NCBI RefSeq assembly: GCF_006345805.1
Contig: NW_021825441.1
Location: 1-15,500 of the forward strand
Origin: Octopus sinensis
Taxonomy: Eukaryota
Direction: 5' to 3'
DNA length: 15,500 bases
Within the stretch, counting starts at the first letter, position 1; every line of letters begins with the position of its first letter. Of this stretch, positions 1 through 10,275 are shown in pieces. The translations under genes and the position numbers were made by a program. The notes beneath the pieces are model-generated. The model was not told the DNA's origin. It worked only from the letters and a program-made list of their open reading frames with translations, and made no database searches.

Positions 1-22
1 ATATATATATACATATATATAT

Positions 23-87
<65 letters not shown>

Positions 88-108
88 TATATATATATAT
101 AATATACA
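1..108. repeat. (AT)n microsatellite
   Basis: Near-pure TA dinucleotide run with rare C interruptions. Confidence 0.97.
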
Positions 109-516
109 GGCGTAGGAGTGCTGTGTGGTAAGTAGCTGTTTACCAACCACATGGTAACGGGTTCAGTCCCACTGCGCGGCATCTTGGGCAAGTGTCTTCT
201 GCTAAAGCCTCGGGCCGACCAAAGCCTGGTGAGTGGATTTGGTAGATGGAAACTGAAAGAAGCCCGTCGTACATATGTATATACTTGTGTATATGTATGT
301 GTGCGTGTACGTTTGTGTTTGTCCCCCTAGCATTGCTTGACAACCGATGCTGGTGTGTTGACGTCCCCGTCACTTAGCGGTTCGGCAAAAGAGACCGATA
401 GAATAAGTACAAGGCTTACAAAAGAATAAGTCCCGGGGTCGAGTTGCTCGATTAAAGGTCGTGCTCCAGCATGGCCGCAGTCAAATGACTGAAACAAGTA
501 AAAGAGTAAAAAAAAG

Positions 517-519
<3 letters not shown>
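109..519 (+). mobile_element. tRNA-derived SINE family A, full-length copy (CORE-like; possibly related to octopus OR-type SINEs)
   Basis: Head GGCGTAGGAGTG, A-box-like TGCTGTGTGG, B-box GGTTCAGTCCC (160-170), CORE-like TTGGGCAAGT, internal (TA/TG) microsatellite, (GTAAAA/GAGTA)n tail. Colinear with 7493-7929. The family name is from memory. Confidence 0.88.
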
Positions 520-555
<36 letters not shown>

Positions 556-610
556 GTATATGACTGTGTGTGAACGTGTGTGTGTGTGTGTGTTGTAAGT
601 GCCTGTAAGT
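520..610. repeat. Compound (AT)n/(ATGT)n/(GT)n microsatellite
   Basis: Direct inspection. Confidence 0.9.
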
Positions 611-653
611 GTGTGTGTCTACGATCACAGGTGCAGTTGCAGAAGACTTGATA

Positions 654-738
654 ATGAACCGGACCTTGCTTGTTTTGTTTTTGTTTCATTTTGAATGTTA
701 TGGCGTTGTTGCTTTTGTTATCTTCGCTCATCGCAAAT
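654..738 (+). CDS. Weak candidate first coding exon encoding a hydrophobic leader, MNRTLLVLFLFHFECYGVVAFVIFAHRK
   Basis: Unique island between microsatellites. Acceptor ...ATCACAG|G at 630/631, ATG at 654, 28 codons + 1 nt up to a weak donor AAT|GTATAC (739). Ends in phase 1, matching the start phase of exon 1436-1576. Confidence 0.25.
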
Positions 739-892
739 GTATACACACACACACACATATATATATATAGAGAGAGAGAGAGGGGGAACGGAGGGAGGGA
801 GAGAAACAGAGAGAGACAGAAGAACGAAAAGCACATATACTCGGGCATCTATACATTCTTATATCACACACACACATATATATATATATATA

Positions 893-1034
893 GGGAGAGT
901 TTACGAAAATAAACACAAGACGAAGACAGGTGGGGTACGAAGCAAACAGATGTATTAGTATAACGCTCAGGAATAGAAAAAGTCTTTTACGTTTCGAGCC
1001 TAAGCTCTTCTACAGAAAGGGACACAGAAAAAAA
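893..1034 (-). mobile_element. Penelope-like element (pLTR-type) fragment
   Basis: Minus strand carries CTG.AGAAGAGC...GCTCGAAACGT, the CTGANGAAG...CGAAACG-type motif typical of Penelope-like pLTRs. No coding sequence is present, so the assignment rests on this motif only. Confidence 0.5.
984..1019 (-). ncRNA. Minimal type I hammerhead-ribozyme-like motif with a degenerate core (A6 to U)
   Basis: Minus strand reads CTTT-CTGTAGA-A-GAGC-TTAG-GCTC-GAAA-CG-TA-AAAG: stem I CTTT/AAAG, stem II GAGC/GCTC, palindromic loop-less stem III ACGT, GUA triplet. Confidence 0.5.
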
Positions 1035-1089
1035 TTCTATCAATGGCCAGCATATTAAAATACCTTTAAAGGTTAAATTTATAAATAAG

Positions 1090-1142
<53 letters not shown>

Positions 1143-1160
1143 GCAGGTGTATAGATATAT

Positions 1161-1290
1161 TCTCTTTTACTCTTTTACTATTTCAATCATTTGACTGCGC
1201 GATGCTGGAGCACCGCCTTAAGTCGAGCAAATCGACCCCGGGACTTATTCTTTGTAAGCCTTGTACTTATTCTATCGGTCTATTTTGCCA
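1161..1290 (-). mobile_element. SINE family A, 5'-truncated copy (3' 130 bp)
   Basis: Reverse complement of about 380-519, including the GAGTAAAAGAGTAAAAGAGA tail. Confidence 0.88.
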
Positions 1291-1293
1291 TTC

Positions 1294-1349
1294 ATATATA
1301 TATATATATAATATATATATATTATATAGATATATATATATATATATAA

Positions 1350-1385
<36 letters not shown>

Positions 1386-1389
1386 TGTA
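1294..1389. repeat. (AT)n/(ATGT)n microsatellite
   Basis: Direct inspection. Confidence 0.92.
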
Positions 1390-1435
1390 TCACAACAGAT
1401 AGGTACACTGTGACACAATTTCTTTTCCTCAACAG

Positions 1436-1576
1436 GTCCCGTCCTGTTTAACATTGTCCCAAAAATTGATCAAAGAAGAAAAGGATTCAATCCCCTCAAG
1501 CCACCCAAACCTGGATACAATTCATTCGATAACAACTCCCTACTTGAATGGACCATGATAACAGAAAACTTGACTA
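1436..1576 (+). CDS. Internal coding exon of an unidentified gene, (G/C)PVLFNIVPKIDQRRKGFNPLKPPKPGYNSFDNNSLLEWTMITENLT
   Basis: Strong acceptor ATTTCTTTTCCTCAACAG|G and donor ACTA|GTAAGT. Length 141 nt (47 codons), phase 1-1, stop-free in that frame. Complex, higher-GC island among simple repeats. Confidence 0.6.
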
Positions 1577-1646
1577 GTAAGTTAGACATGGCATGACCAA
1601 TCTTTGGTCGAAACATAGCTGAGTTTATCTAAGTTTATACACGCCC

Positions 1647-2135
1647 ATATATATATATATATATATCTATATATACATATATATATATACCCATATATAT
1701 AATACATATATACATACATATATACATACATTATATACATATATACATATATATATATACATATATATACATATATACATACATATATACATATATATAT
1801 ATACATATAGATATATATATATATATACATATATATATACTATATAATATCATATATATATCACATATATATATAATATATACATATATACATAATATAT
1901 ATACATACATATATACATATATATATACATATATATATATATATACACACATATATATATACATATATGTATACATATTATATAATATATATATTATACA
2001 TATACATATATATACATATATATATACATATATATATATATTATACATATATATATATACATATATATATACATATACATATATATATACATATACATAT
2101 ATCTATACATATATATATATATATATATATACTAC

Positions 2136-2182
<47 letters not shown>

Positions 2183-2251
2183 ATATACATAGATATATTA
2201 TGTATATATACATATATATATATATGTGTGTGTATATATATGTATATATAC

Positions 2252-2297
<46 letters not shown>
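1647..2297. repeat. Long compound (AT)n/(ATAC)n low-complexity tract, about 650 bp
   Basis: Direct inspection; source of the Y/I-rich spurious ORFs. Confidence 0.95.
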
Positions 2298-2300
<3 letters not shown>

Positions 2301-2314
2301 TCCACTCGTGTTAG

Positions 2315-2385
2315 TGAACAGGCTGGAGCAATGCTTTGAAAATATTCGCAACACAAATAAACACTACTACCTCTATTTCTATCCG
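2315..2385 (+). CDS. Weak candidate next exon with ambiguous acceptor: 2315 gives [24 protein letters not shown], 2322 gives [22 protein letters not shown]
   Basis: Unique island at about 2298-2478. Two AG acceptors (2313-14, 2320-21) both give open phase-1 frames up to the donor CCG|GTACGC (2386). A competing minus-strand reading exists. Confidence 0.22.
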
Positions 2386-2477
2386 GTACGCATTCTGCAG
2401 TCGCTTTTTGGCGGACTGTTAAGTTAGCCGATTGGAAAAGGACACCAGTTGTATGACTAACACGAACACCTGCACAG

Positions 2478-2570
2478 ACAGACATACATATGTATACACA
2501 AAGATACTTATACACACACAGACACACACACAACATATATACATGCATACATATTTACATACATAAATGA

Positions 2571-2601
<31 letters not shown>

Positions 2602-3175
2602 TATGCATATATGTACATAATTACACATACAAACATGCATACACAAATACATATATATATGCACATATATATGCATGAATATATATATATATACATGTAT
2701 ACACATATAAACGCATATTTATATATACATGTATATATGCTGCATTCATGTGTCCTTGTGTATATATAGCCTGTGTATATATTGTGTTATATATATATAT
2801 TATATAATATATATATATATATACGTATATATATAAATGTAAATAAATATATTTATGCCATATTTATATACACAAAGTATAAACGCCTGTTATAAAATAA
2901 ACCTACACACACATGCACACAGATATAGTGTATAAGAATGTATAATATATACATATATATATATAATATATATATATATATTATATATATATATATATAT
3001 ATATTAATATATATATATATATACAGAGAGAGAGAGACAGACAAGCAGAGAACAGTAGAGAGAGGTATATATATAATATATATGTGTGTGTGTGTGTATA
3101 AACATATATATACAACCACGCGTTTCGCGCGCGCACACACACTCATACACTCCCATACAAATACTTATACACTCA
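2478..3175. repeat. Compound (AC)n/(AT)n/(ATGC)/(AG)n/(GT)n low-complexity tract
   Basis: Direct inspection. Confidence 0.88.
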
Positions 3176-3353
3176 TATAGAAGGTTATTTATCCTCCTCG
3201 TGCGATTTTGAATTTTCACAGTTACATATTTTGTAAATCTCTAAACATCGTTCTGTGTTACCATGTTTATGAAAGAATTGATGAATAAAAAAATATATCT
3301 ACAAAACTTTATCCATCTTATCGACGTCAATTTAATCTTTTACAATTAATGTT

Positions 3354-3788
3354 GGATCTTTTCGGTTTGAACGGCAGTTTTTTCTAGCGGTGTCACATGA
3401 AGTTCTCACCCATAATTATGACCCTAGTATCGATCTATTGCATTTCAATCTGTTTTAGGGTTAGGGATACTTAGTATTAGGTTTGGGGTTAGGGGAAAGG
3501 GTATCTTTCTTTCTTCACAAATGTAAATAAACCCAATCTGTTTCTTAAACGAGGGACATATTCATACGGCACGGAATGTTTTTTTACCTCAATAGACGTC
3601 ATTGATTGGTTGAAATTGCAGAAATTGAAGAAAAAAAATACAACAAATATCTTACAAACTATAGAATTTTCTCAATAAAGCCAAGAGAAAAAGATGTTTT
3701 ATAAACACATTCTACCAGTATACGAAGTTAAAAGTGTTTAGTTACCTAGAAATTATGTTAAAAACTGCCGTTCAAACTGAAAAGATCC
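3354..3788. mobile_element. 435-bp non-autonomous DNA transposon (MITE) with 29-bp TIRs; superfamily unresolved
   Basis: Left TIR GGATCTTTTCGGTTTGAACGGCAGTTTTT (3354-3382) matches the reverse complement of 3760-3788 at 28/29. No ORF. Internal TTAGGG-like motifs. Confidence 0.88.
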
Positions 3789-4853
3789 TTAATCTGTAAA
3801 GAGTATTTGGAAGTCTAACATTCATATTATAATCATCAATCAAAATATTATCATAATTCTTACTTTAAAAGTGATATTTAAAAGTTGCTCGAATATTCAA
3901 CTAAAGGCATTCTTTCTCTTTATGATTAGGGAGTTTGGATTGGAAATACGATTAATCGATTTGTTTGTATATATGGTATATTTTTTATAGTGTGTCTTAA
4001 CAGAACATCGACATTTAAGTGGGGATAAATATTATCTCATGATAGAGTTAATCTGTAAAGGGTATACAGAAGATGTTGATATATCTACTTTGTTATCAGT
4101 AATCAAAACAGATAATAAAATTCTTTGTTAATTTTTTAAATAATTTAATAATTAATTTCAACGATTATTTTATGGCAGCATGACAAGACTGCTATTATTC
4201 GACTAAAACCCTTCGTTAGTAAAGAAGATTTGTGTGTTTAGATAACTGATGTGGTACAGGGTATAGATTAAGGTTTATACATCGTAGATGACTTGGGATT
4301 GAGTAACAGATTTGGTTCTACGAATGGAAGAATTAATCTCTCTAAAGAATATTGAGATGTCTGGTGTATCTTCTTTATCATCCACAATCAAACAGATAAG
4401 AAAATTGTTTGTGAATTTTTAAAATAATCTAATAATTGAATTCAACCATTATTTTATTATTTTATGGCGATATGTCAAAACTGCTGTTATTCAACTAAAA
4501 GCCTCTGTTCTCTAGATATTTTGCCCATTAGATTAACTACGATTGAGGATGTAAATTTTGTTTTATATATCGTAGAGTTAATCTGTAAACGGTGTATAAA
4601 AATCTAATATACATGTGTATATATATATATATATATACATATATAAATATTTTCTTGTTTGTATTATGAATTTGAGGTAAAATATTTTACCTTCGCCCAT
4701 CCGATACAATAAATGAATTGCAATTATAAGCATTTATGTATTTGGCATTAGGGTGCTTCACCAGCAGTATATTGGATAACTGATATCCCATAGTGGGTTA
4801 CCCTCACAACCCCTATCTTAATTTGTACTATATAATATATATATATATATATA

Positions 4854-4888
<35 letters not shown>

Positions 4889-4991
4889 ATATATATATAT
4901 ATATATATAATTATTATTTGAGGAATAAAATCCAAACTTACAAGGAAAAAAAATTAAATTTAGAAATACTAAATCAAATTTCACACACAAT

Positions 4992-5032
<41 letters not shown>

Positions 5033-5187
5033 AAAAAAACACCTTTTATCCATTCAAAATGAACAATTACATTACACCATCTAGAAAATTATATATAATA
5101 AAAAAATAAAAATTAAATTACAATAAAATGTCAAAGTAGTAAATTGCAAAAAATAATAATAAAAACGTATATAATATAATGTTGATG

Positions 5188-5239
<52 letters not shown>

Positions 5240-6600
5240 GGATCCTCCTCAATCAAAACATTTTTATAAGTTTTAATTTAAAAGGAGCATTTAAATATTA
5301 TGTCCTACGGTAATATTCAACTAAAAGCTTCGTGGTAGATTTAACGTAGATTCAACTATAATCTTCGGTGAAAATGTAGTTCTATAAATTGTAGTGTTAA
5401 TCTACAAGATATATTTCGAAGTCAAATGTATCAAGTTTATTGTCAACAATCAAAATAGTTACTAGAATTGCTAGTTAACTTTTTTTTAATGATTAAATAA
5501 TTTAATAACTGACTCCAACTATATTTTATGGTGACATGTGAAGACTGATCTTATTCAACAAAAACATTCGTAACAATGAACACTTGTGTGTTAGGATAAC
5601 CGATGGGATTAACAGTGTATCGTAGTTTAATCTTTTAAGGGCGTATAAAAGCCCTATAATAAATATATATGTGTGTGTGTTATTCCCAATCAAAACATTA
5701 TTATAATGTTTAATTTAAAAAGGAACATTTTAAATACGAAATATTGCTACAATAGTTAACTAAAATTCTCGTAAATTTAGCTCTATATAATCTGTAAATA
5801 GGATTAAGAAAATGCCTGATGTCTATTTTATTGTCGACAATAAATTTTATTATCGACTGTCAAAACAATTATTAAAATTGTTTATTAATTTTATAAATAA
5901 TTTAATATTTAACTCCAACTATTTTAAGTCGGAATGTCAATACAGCTGCTCGTCAACTAAATCATTCGTTATAAAGATTTGTGTGGTAGGATTACTGATG
6001 TGTTTTAGAGTGTAGATTTAGTCCTACATATCCTAGAGTTAATCTGTAAAGGGCATTTATAAACCTGATATATATGTTATCATCTTCAGTCAAAACATTA
6101 TTATAATTTTTAGTTTAAAAGAAACAATTTAAATATTAAATGCTATTGTAATATCCCACTAAAATTGTCGTAGTAAAGATGACTCGTAAGCTAGATCAAC
6201 TGATATGATTCTGGTGTAGATTTACTCCTATATATTGTAGAATTAATCTGTAAAAGGTATTAGGAAACCGAATATATTCACTTTTTTACAATCTTCAATC
6301 AAAATATTATTGTAATTATTAATTTAAGAGGAATAACTTAAATACTAAATACAGCTGTACTAATCAACTGAATGCTTGCTCTAAACATGATTCGGTATGT
6401 AGATTTAGTACTAAGTATAAAGTCGTGTTAATGAGTAAAGTGTATTTGAAGACCTAAGGTATATATTTTTATCCTCATTAGTTAAAATAGTATGGTAATT
6501 ATTAATTTAAAAAAGAATGTTTAAAAGCTAAAGACAACTGCAATATTCAACTAAAAACCATCGTACTATAGAAGAGTTGTGTGTTTGGTTATTTAACATG
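3789..6600. repeat. Old degenerate AT-rich tandem array, about 10 units of 160-290 bp, interrupted at about 4610-5240
   Basis: Motif TTAATCTGTAAA or variants at about 3789, 4048, 4333, 4578, 5397, 5627, 5788, 6039, 6243, 6428, usually followed in order by CAATCAAAACATTATTATAAT-like and ATTCAACTAAAA-like motifs. Confidence 0.8.
4920..4982 (+). repeat. AT-rich dispersed repeat family D, partial copy 1
   Basis: GAGGAATAAAATCCAAACTTACAAGGAAAAAAAATTAAATTTAGAA is similar to 6744-6800; both follow (AT)n runs. Confidence 0.55.
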
Positions 6601-6743
6601 ATTCAGGGTAATTAATAACATAATATATATATACATACATACACACACGCATACATACAATATATATTATATATATATATATATTATAATATATATATAT
6701 TTATATATATATATATATACATATATAATTATAATAAAATATT

Positions 6744-6960
6744 AGGGAATAAATCCAAACTACAGGGAAAAATCAGATTTAGGATTAAATCCAATTTTAT
6801 AGTATAAATATATTATATTATATTATATTAAATTAGAGATAAAACCACTATTAGGCAAATCAAACAATGAAAAACATAAGCCAATACATAAAATTAATTT
6901 AATTTATATTATTTTAAATATATATCAAAAGTATTAAAAGTTTAATAAAAGATAAAGATA
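6744..6960 (+). repeat. AT-rich dispersed repeat family D, copy 2
   Basis: AGGGAATAAATCCAAACTACAGGGAAAAATCAGATTTAGGATTAAATCC matches 4920-4982. Extension to about 6960 is uncertain. Confidence 0.5.
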
Positions 6961-6966
6961 TATATA

Positions 6967-7182
6967 GGCTACTCGACCCGAAGAAAATTCTAATTGGACC
7001 CCACCTGCAAGGTCATGCGGTGTTTATCTTGATGTGAGATCACCATGCCACGCTCATATGGTTGTGATGCGCGTGCCTGGTGTACCCTTATCAGACGGGT
7101 GGTCATGATGGGTATACTGGGCTTTGTATATATCTGTACACCGGCGTTCCTTTGATGGCATGCGCTGCTCTCTCATTCACTC
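6967..7182 (+). mobile_element. Retroposon-like family B, 5'-truncated copy
   Basis: Matches the reverse complement of the first ~215 bp of 14734-15290 and of 9008-9247. Ends ...CACTC followed by (AAT)n. Confidence 0.85.
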
Positions 7183-7198
7183 AATAATGATAATGGTG

Positions 7199-7282
<84 letters not shown>

Positions 7283-7286
7283 TAAT

Positions 7287-7348
<62 letters not shown>

Positions 7349-7352
7349 TAAT
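7183..7352. repeat. (AAT)n microsatellite (tail of family B copy)
   Basis: Direct inspection. Confidence 0.95.
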
Positions 7353-7492
7353 AAGGATTTAATATAATAAAGATATATATCACTATCATCATCATTAATT
7401 AGAAAATAAGGTTGATTAAAAAGTGACATCTGTAATATTCCCTTAGCCCTCGTTTTAAGGATGACTTGTAGATCAAAATAACTCATGTTATA

Positions 7493-7663
7493 GGCGCAGG
7501 AGTGGCTGTGTGGTAAGTAGCTTGATAACCAACTACATGGTTCCGGGTTCAGTCCCACTGCGTGGCATCTTGGGCAAGTGTCTTCTGCTATAGCCCCGGG
7601 CCGACCAATGCCTTGTGAGTGGATTTGGTAAACGGAAACTGAAAGAAGCCCGTCGTATATATG

Positions 7664-7708
<45 letters not shown>

Positions 7709-7929
7709 TTGTGCGTCTGTCTTTGTCCCCCTAGCATTGCTTGACAACCGATGCTGGTGTGTTTACGCCTCCGTCACTTAGCGATTTGGCAAAAGGGACC
7801 GATAGAATAAGTACTGGGCTTACAAAGAATAAGTCCCGGGGTCGATTTGCTCGACTAAAGGCGGTGCTCCAGCATGGCCGCAGTCAAATGACTGAAACAA
7901 GTAAAAAAGGGTAAAAAAGAGTAAAGAGT
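7493..7929 (+). mobile_element. tRNA-derived SINE family A, full-length copy
   Basis: A box TGGCTGTGTGG (7503-7513), B box GGTTCAGTCCC (7546-7556), internal (TA)n(TG)n, GTAAAA-type tail. Colinear with 109-519. Confidence 0.9.
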
Positions 7930-8000
7930 ATGTAAAACATGGTGAATGGAAGACCTAATCCGTAAACAATCATTATTATTATCATTATTGCCATTATTAC

Positions 8001-8099
8001 TTCCGCCGAGGTCTACTTTATCTTTCATCCTTCCGGGGTCGATATAATCGACTCATCTACTCCTCCAAAATTGTTGCCCTTGTGGCAAATTTGAAACCA
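8001..8099 (+). mobile_element. SINE family C fragment (5'-truncated, internal deletion, tail type 2)
   Basis: TTCCGCCGAGGTC...CTTTCATCCTTCCGGGGTCGATATAATCGACT, then GCCCTTGTGGCAAATTTGAAACC and (ATT). Confidence 0.75.
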
Positions 8100-8337
8100 T
8101 TATTGTTGTTCTTCTTGCCGTTGTTACCCTAAGTGGGCTGCTCCGCTATTGGGGACTCTGGTTATTAATTAATTAATTAATTAATTAATAATTTCACTAA
8201 CTTCTATTAATATGTCCTTTTTCAAACCCTTTAAAGTTGTAGTGTCCCTCTTCAAATGATTGTAAACCCTACCTGTTTTTGTGTTGTATCTCGCCCTTCG
8301 ATATTCTCCTTCACAATAAAAGAAATCCTTATTATTA

Positions 8338-8382
<45 letters not shown>

Positions 8383-8910
8383 GAGTGAGAGAGTAGTGCA
8401 TGCCATCAAAGTGACACTGGGGTACAAATATACGAAGCCCAGTATACCCATCATGACTACCCGTCTGATAAGGGTACACCAGGCACATGCATCACAACCA
8501 TATGTGCGCGACATGGTGATCTCATATCAAGATAAACAGCACATGACCTTGCAGGTGGGGCCCAGTTAGAATTTCCTTCAGGTTGAGTAGCCCATCCCAC
8601 TCAAAAGGTCCCTGAATAAGGGTTGTTTAAGGATGTTGAATGAAACACCCATGTTTCCAGAGGTGAATTATTCAAACCCCAAAGAATCCCTCTCAACACA
8701 TGGCTATGATGCTCCCCCACTACTTCTACTCGTGATCAGAGATGCACATATCGTCAGCCACTAAGGGACATGCTCAACTGGTTACGGTCAAACAACCGAC
8801 AAGCAAATCTGTGGTATTGAGCAGAATATTTGCTGTAGCTCATCTTTTATACCAAGACAAAACAATGTACATGATAACACTTCCAATCAGTTAAGATCAG
8901 AAGCCATGAG

Positions 8911-8912
<2 letters not shown>
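8383..8912 (-). mobile_element. Retroposon-like family B, near-full-length copy embedded in (TAA)n
   Basis: Colinear with 14734-15265; (ATT)n on both sides. Confidence 0.88.
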
Positions 8913-8955
<43 letters not shown>

Positions 8956-9007
8956 TATTATTATTATTATTATTATCATCATCATCATCATCATCATTAT
9001 CATTATT

Positions 9008-9247
9008 GAGTGAATAAGAGAGCAGCGCATGCCATCAAAGGAACGCCGGTGTACAGATGTATACAAAGCCCAGTATACGCATCATGACTACCCGTCTGAT
9101 AAGGGTACACCAGGCACATGCATCACAACCATATGAGCGTGACATGGTGATCTCACATCAAGATAAACACCGCATGACCTTACAGGTGGGGCCCAATTAG
9201 AATTTCTTCGGGTCGAGTAGCTCATCCGGCTCAAAAGGCCCTTGAAT
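9008..9247 (-). mobile_element. Retroposon-like family B, 5'-truncated copy (same subfamily as 6967-7182)
   Basis: Shares diagnostic GAGTGAAT end and GAACGCCGGTGTACAGAT with 6967-7182. Confidence 0.85.
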
Positions 9248-9294
9248 ATTATTATTCTTCTCATTATTATTATTATTATTCTATTTATTTATTT

Positions 9295-9487
9295 TTTAAA
9301 ATAAAATATGGTCCGTTGTCTTCTGCTGAACCGGGGTCTTCCCTTGACCCTAGGGTCACAGCAGGTCCTCATCTCATGGAGAGTACATGGCGTAAAATGT
9401 GTGCGGAACACCTAGCAACTCTATTTTCTGAAGTTCTCCCGCGTTAACACTGCAAGGGAGTTTGTTGAACTGCTTATCAAGGCCCTT
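9295..9487 (-). mobile_element. R4/Dong-clade non-LTR retrotransposon 3' fragment (lineage 1), frameshifted
   Basis: Minus strand reads KGLDKQFNKLPCSVNAGELQKIELLG, then after a frameshift HILRHVLSMR* (stop 9369-9371), parallel to the C-terminus at 10507-10605. Short 3' UTR then an AAT-rich tail. Confidence 0.7.
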
Positions 9488-9505
9488 GTGGCAAAATTTG
9501 AAAAC

Positions 9506-9512
9506 ATTATTA

Positions 9513-9559
<47 letters not shown>

Positions 9560-9822
9560 CTTGTTGTTATTTTTATTATTTTTATTAATATTATTATTAT
9601 TATCAATATTATTATTAATGTTATTCTTATTATTACTTTTATTATTATTATTAATATTATTATTAATGTTATTTTTATTATCATTATTATTATTTTATTT
9701 TATTATTATTATTATTATTATTATTATCATTATTATTATTATTATTATTATTATCATTATTATTATTATTATTATCATCATCATCATTATTATTATTATT
9801 ATTATTATCATTATTATCATTA

Positions 9823-9853
<31 letters not shown>

Positions 9854-9945
9854 TATTATTATTATCATTATTAATTATTATTATTATTATTATCATTATT
9901 ATCATTATTATTATTATTATCATTATTATCATTATTATTATTATT

Positions 9946-9977
<32 letters not shown>

Positions 9978-10003
9978 CATTATTATTATTATTTTTATTA
10001 TTA
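9506..10003. repeat. About 500-bp (ATT)n/(ATC)-interrupted microsatellite
   Basis: Direct inspection. It is preceded by a ~25-bp family C type-2 tail, GCCCTTGTGGCAAAATTTGAAAAC (9482-9505). Confidence 0.95.
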
Positions 10004-10026
10004 GTTCGTCGTTTTCGTCGATGACC

Positions 10027-10208
10027 GTGGATCCCACCCGCAAAGTCATCCACTGTTTATCTTGATATGAGATCACCATGTCACGCACATATGATTGTGA
10101 TGCATGTGCCTGGTGTACCCTTATCACACATAGTCATGATGGGTATATTGGGCTACGCATATTTGTACCCCCAGCGTTGCTTTGATGGTTTGTGCTAGTC
10201 TCTCACTC
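10027..10208 (+). mobile_element. Retroposon-like family B, 5'-truncated diverged copy
   Basis: CCCACCCGCAAAGTCAT...GAGATCACCATG...TCTCACTC followed by (AAT)n (10209-10271). Confidence 0.82.
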
Positions 10209-10272
<64 letters not shown>

Positions 10273-10275
10273 TAA

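Noticed and set aside
109-190. tRNA-like heads (also 7493, 12612, 14461) as real tRNA genes
   Set aside because: A/B boxes continue into SINE bodies repeated several times in the window, and no complete cloverleaf was seen.
1436-2385. Loose resemblance of GFNPLKPP...SLLEW...[13 protein letters not shown] to the Na+/K+-ATPase beta-subunit ectodomain
   Set aside because: Eyeball motif match only, and it depends on choosing the weaker 2322 acceptor; needs an HMM search before any name is given.
2371-2469. Minus-strand exon candidate [33 protein letters not shown] (phase 1-1)
   Set aside because: Weak donor (GTAGTA) and it conflicts with the stronger plus-strand exon at 1436-1576; not excluded without RNA data.
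1202-3219. Many 60-116-aa ORFs rich in Y/I/M/C/V
   Set aside because: They are translations of (AT)n/(AC)n microsatellites, which lack stops in some frames.
3455-3494. TTAGGG motifs as a telomere or interstitial telomeric array
   Set aside because: Only three hexamers, located inside a TIR-bounded MITE.
5995-6240. LRR-like peptides on the minus strand of the degenerate array (LQYIGVNLHQNHIS; LYRLTLGYVGLNLHSK)
   Set aside because: The units checked have stops or frameshifts and the match to LxxLxLxxNxL is only partial; plausible by chance in AT-rich DNA.
8273-8327. Minus-strand exon candidate DFFYCEGEYRRARYNTKT with donor CAG|GTAGGG
   Set aside because: The acceptor lies in an (AAT)n tract with no polypyrimidine tract, and there is no supporting homology.
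9421-10127. Poly-I/L/Y/N ORFs (also 7181-7747, 10598-10878, 13809-14048)
   Set aside because: Translations of (AAT)n/(ATT)n tracts.
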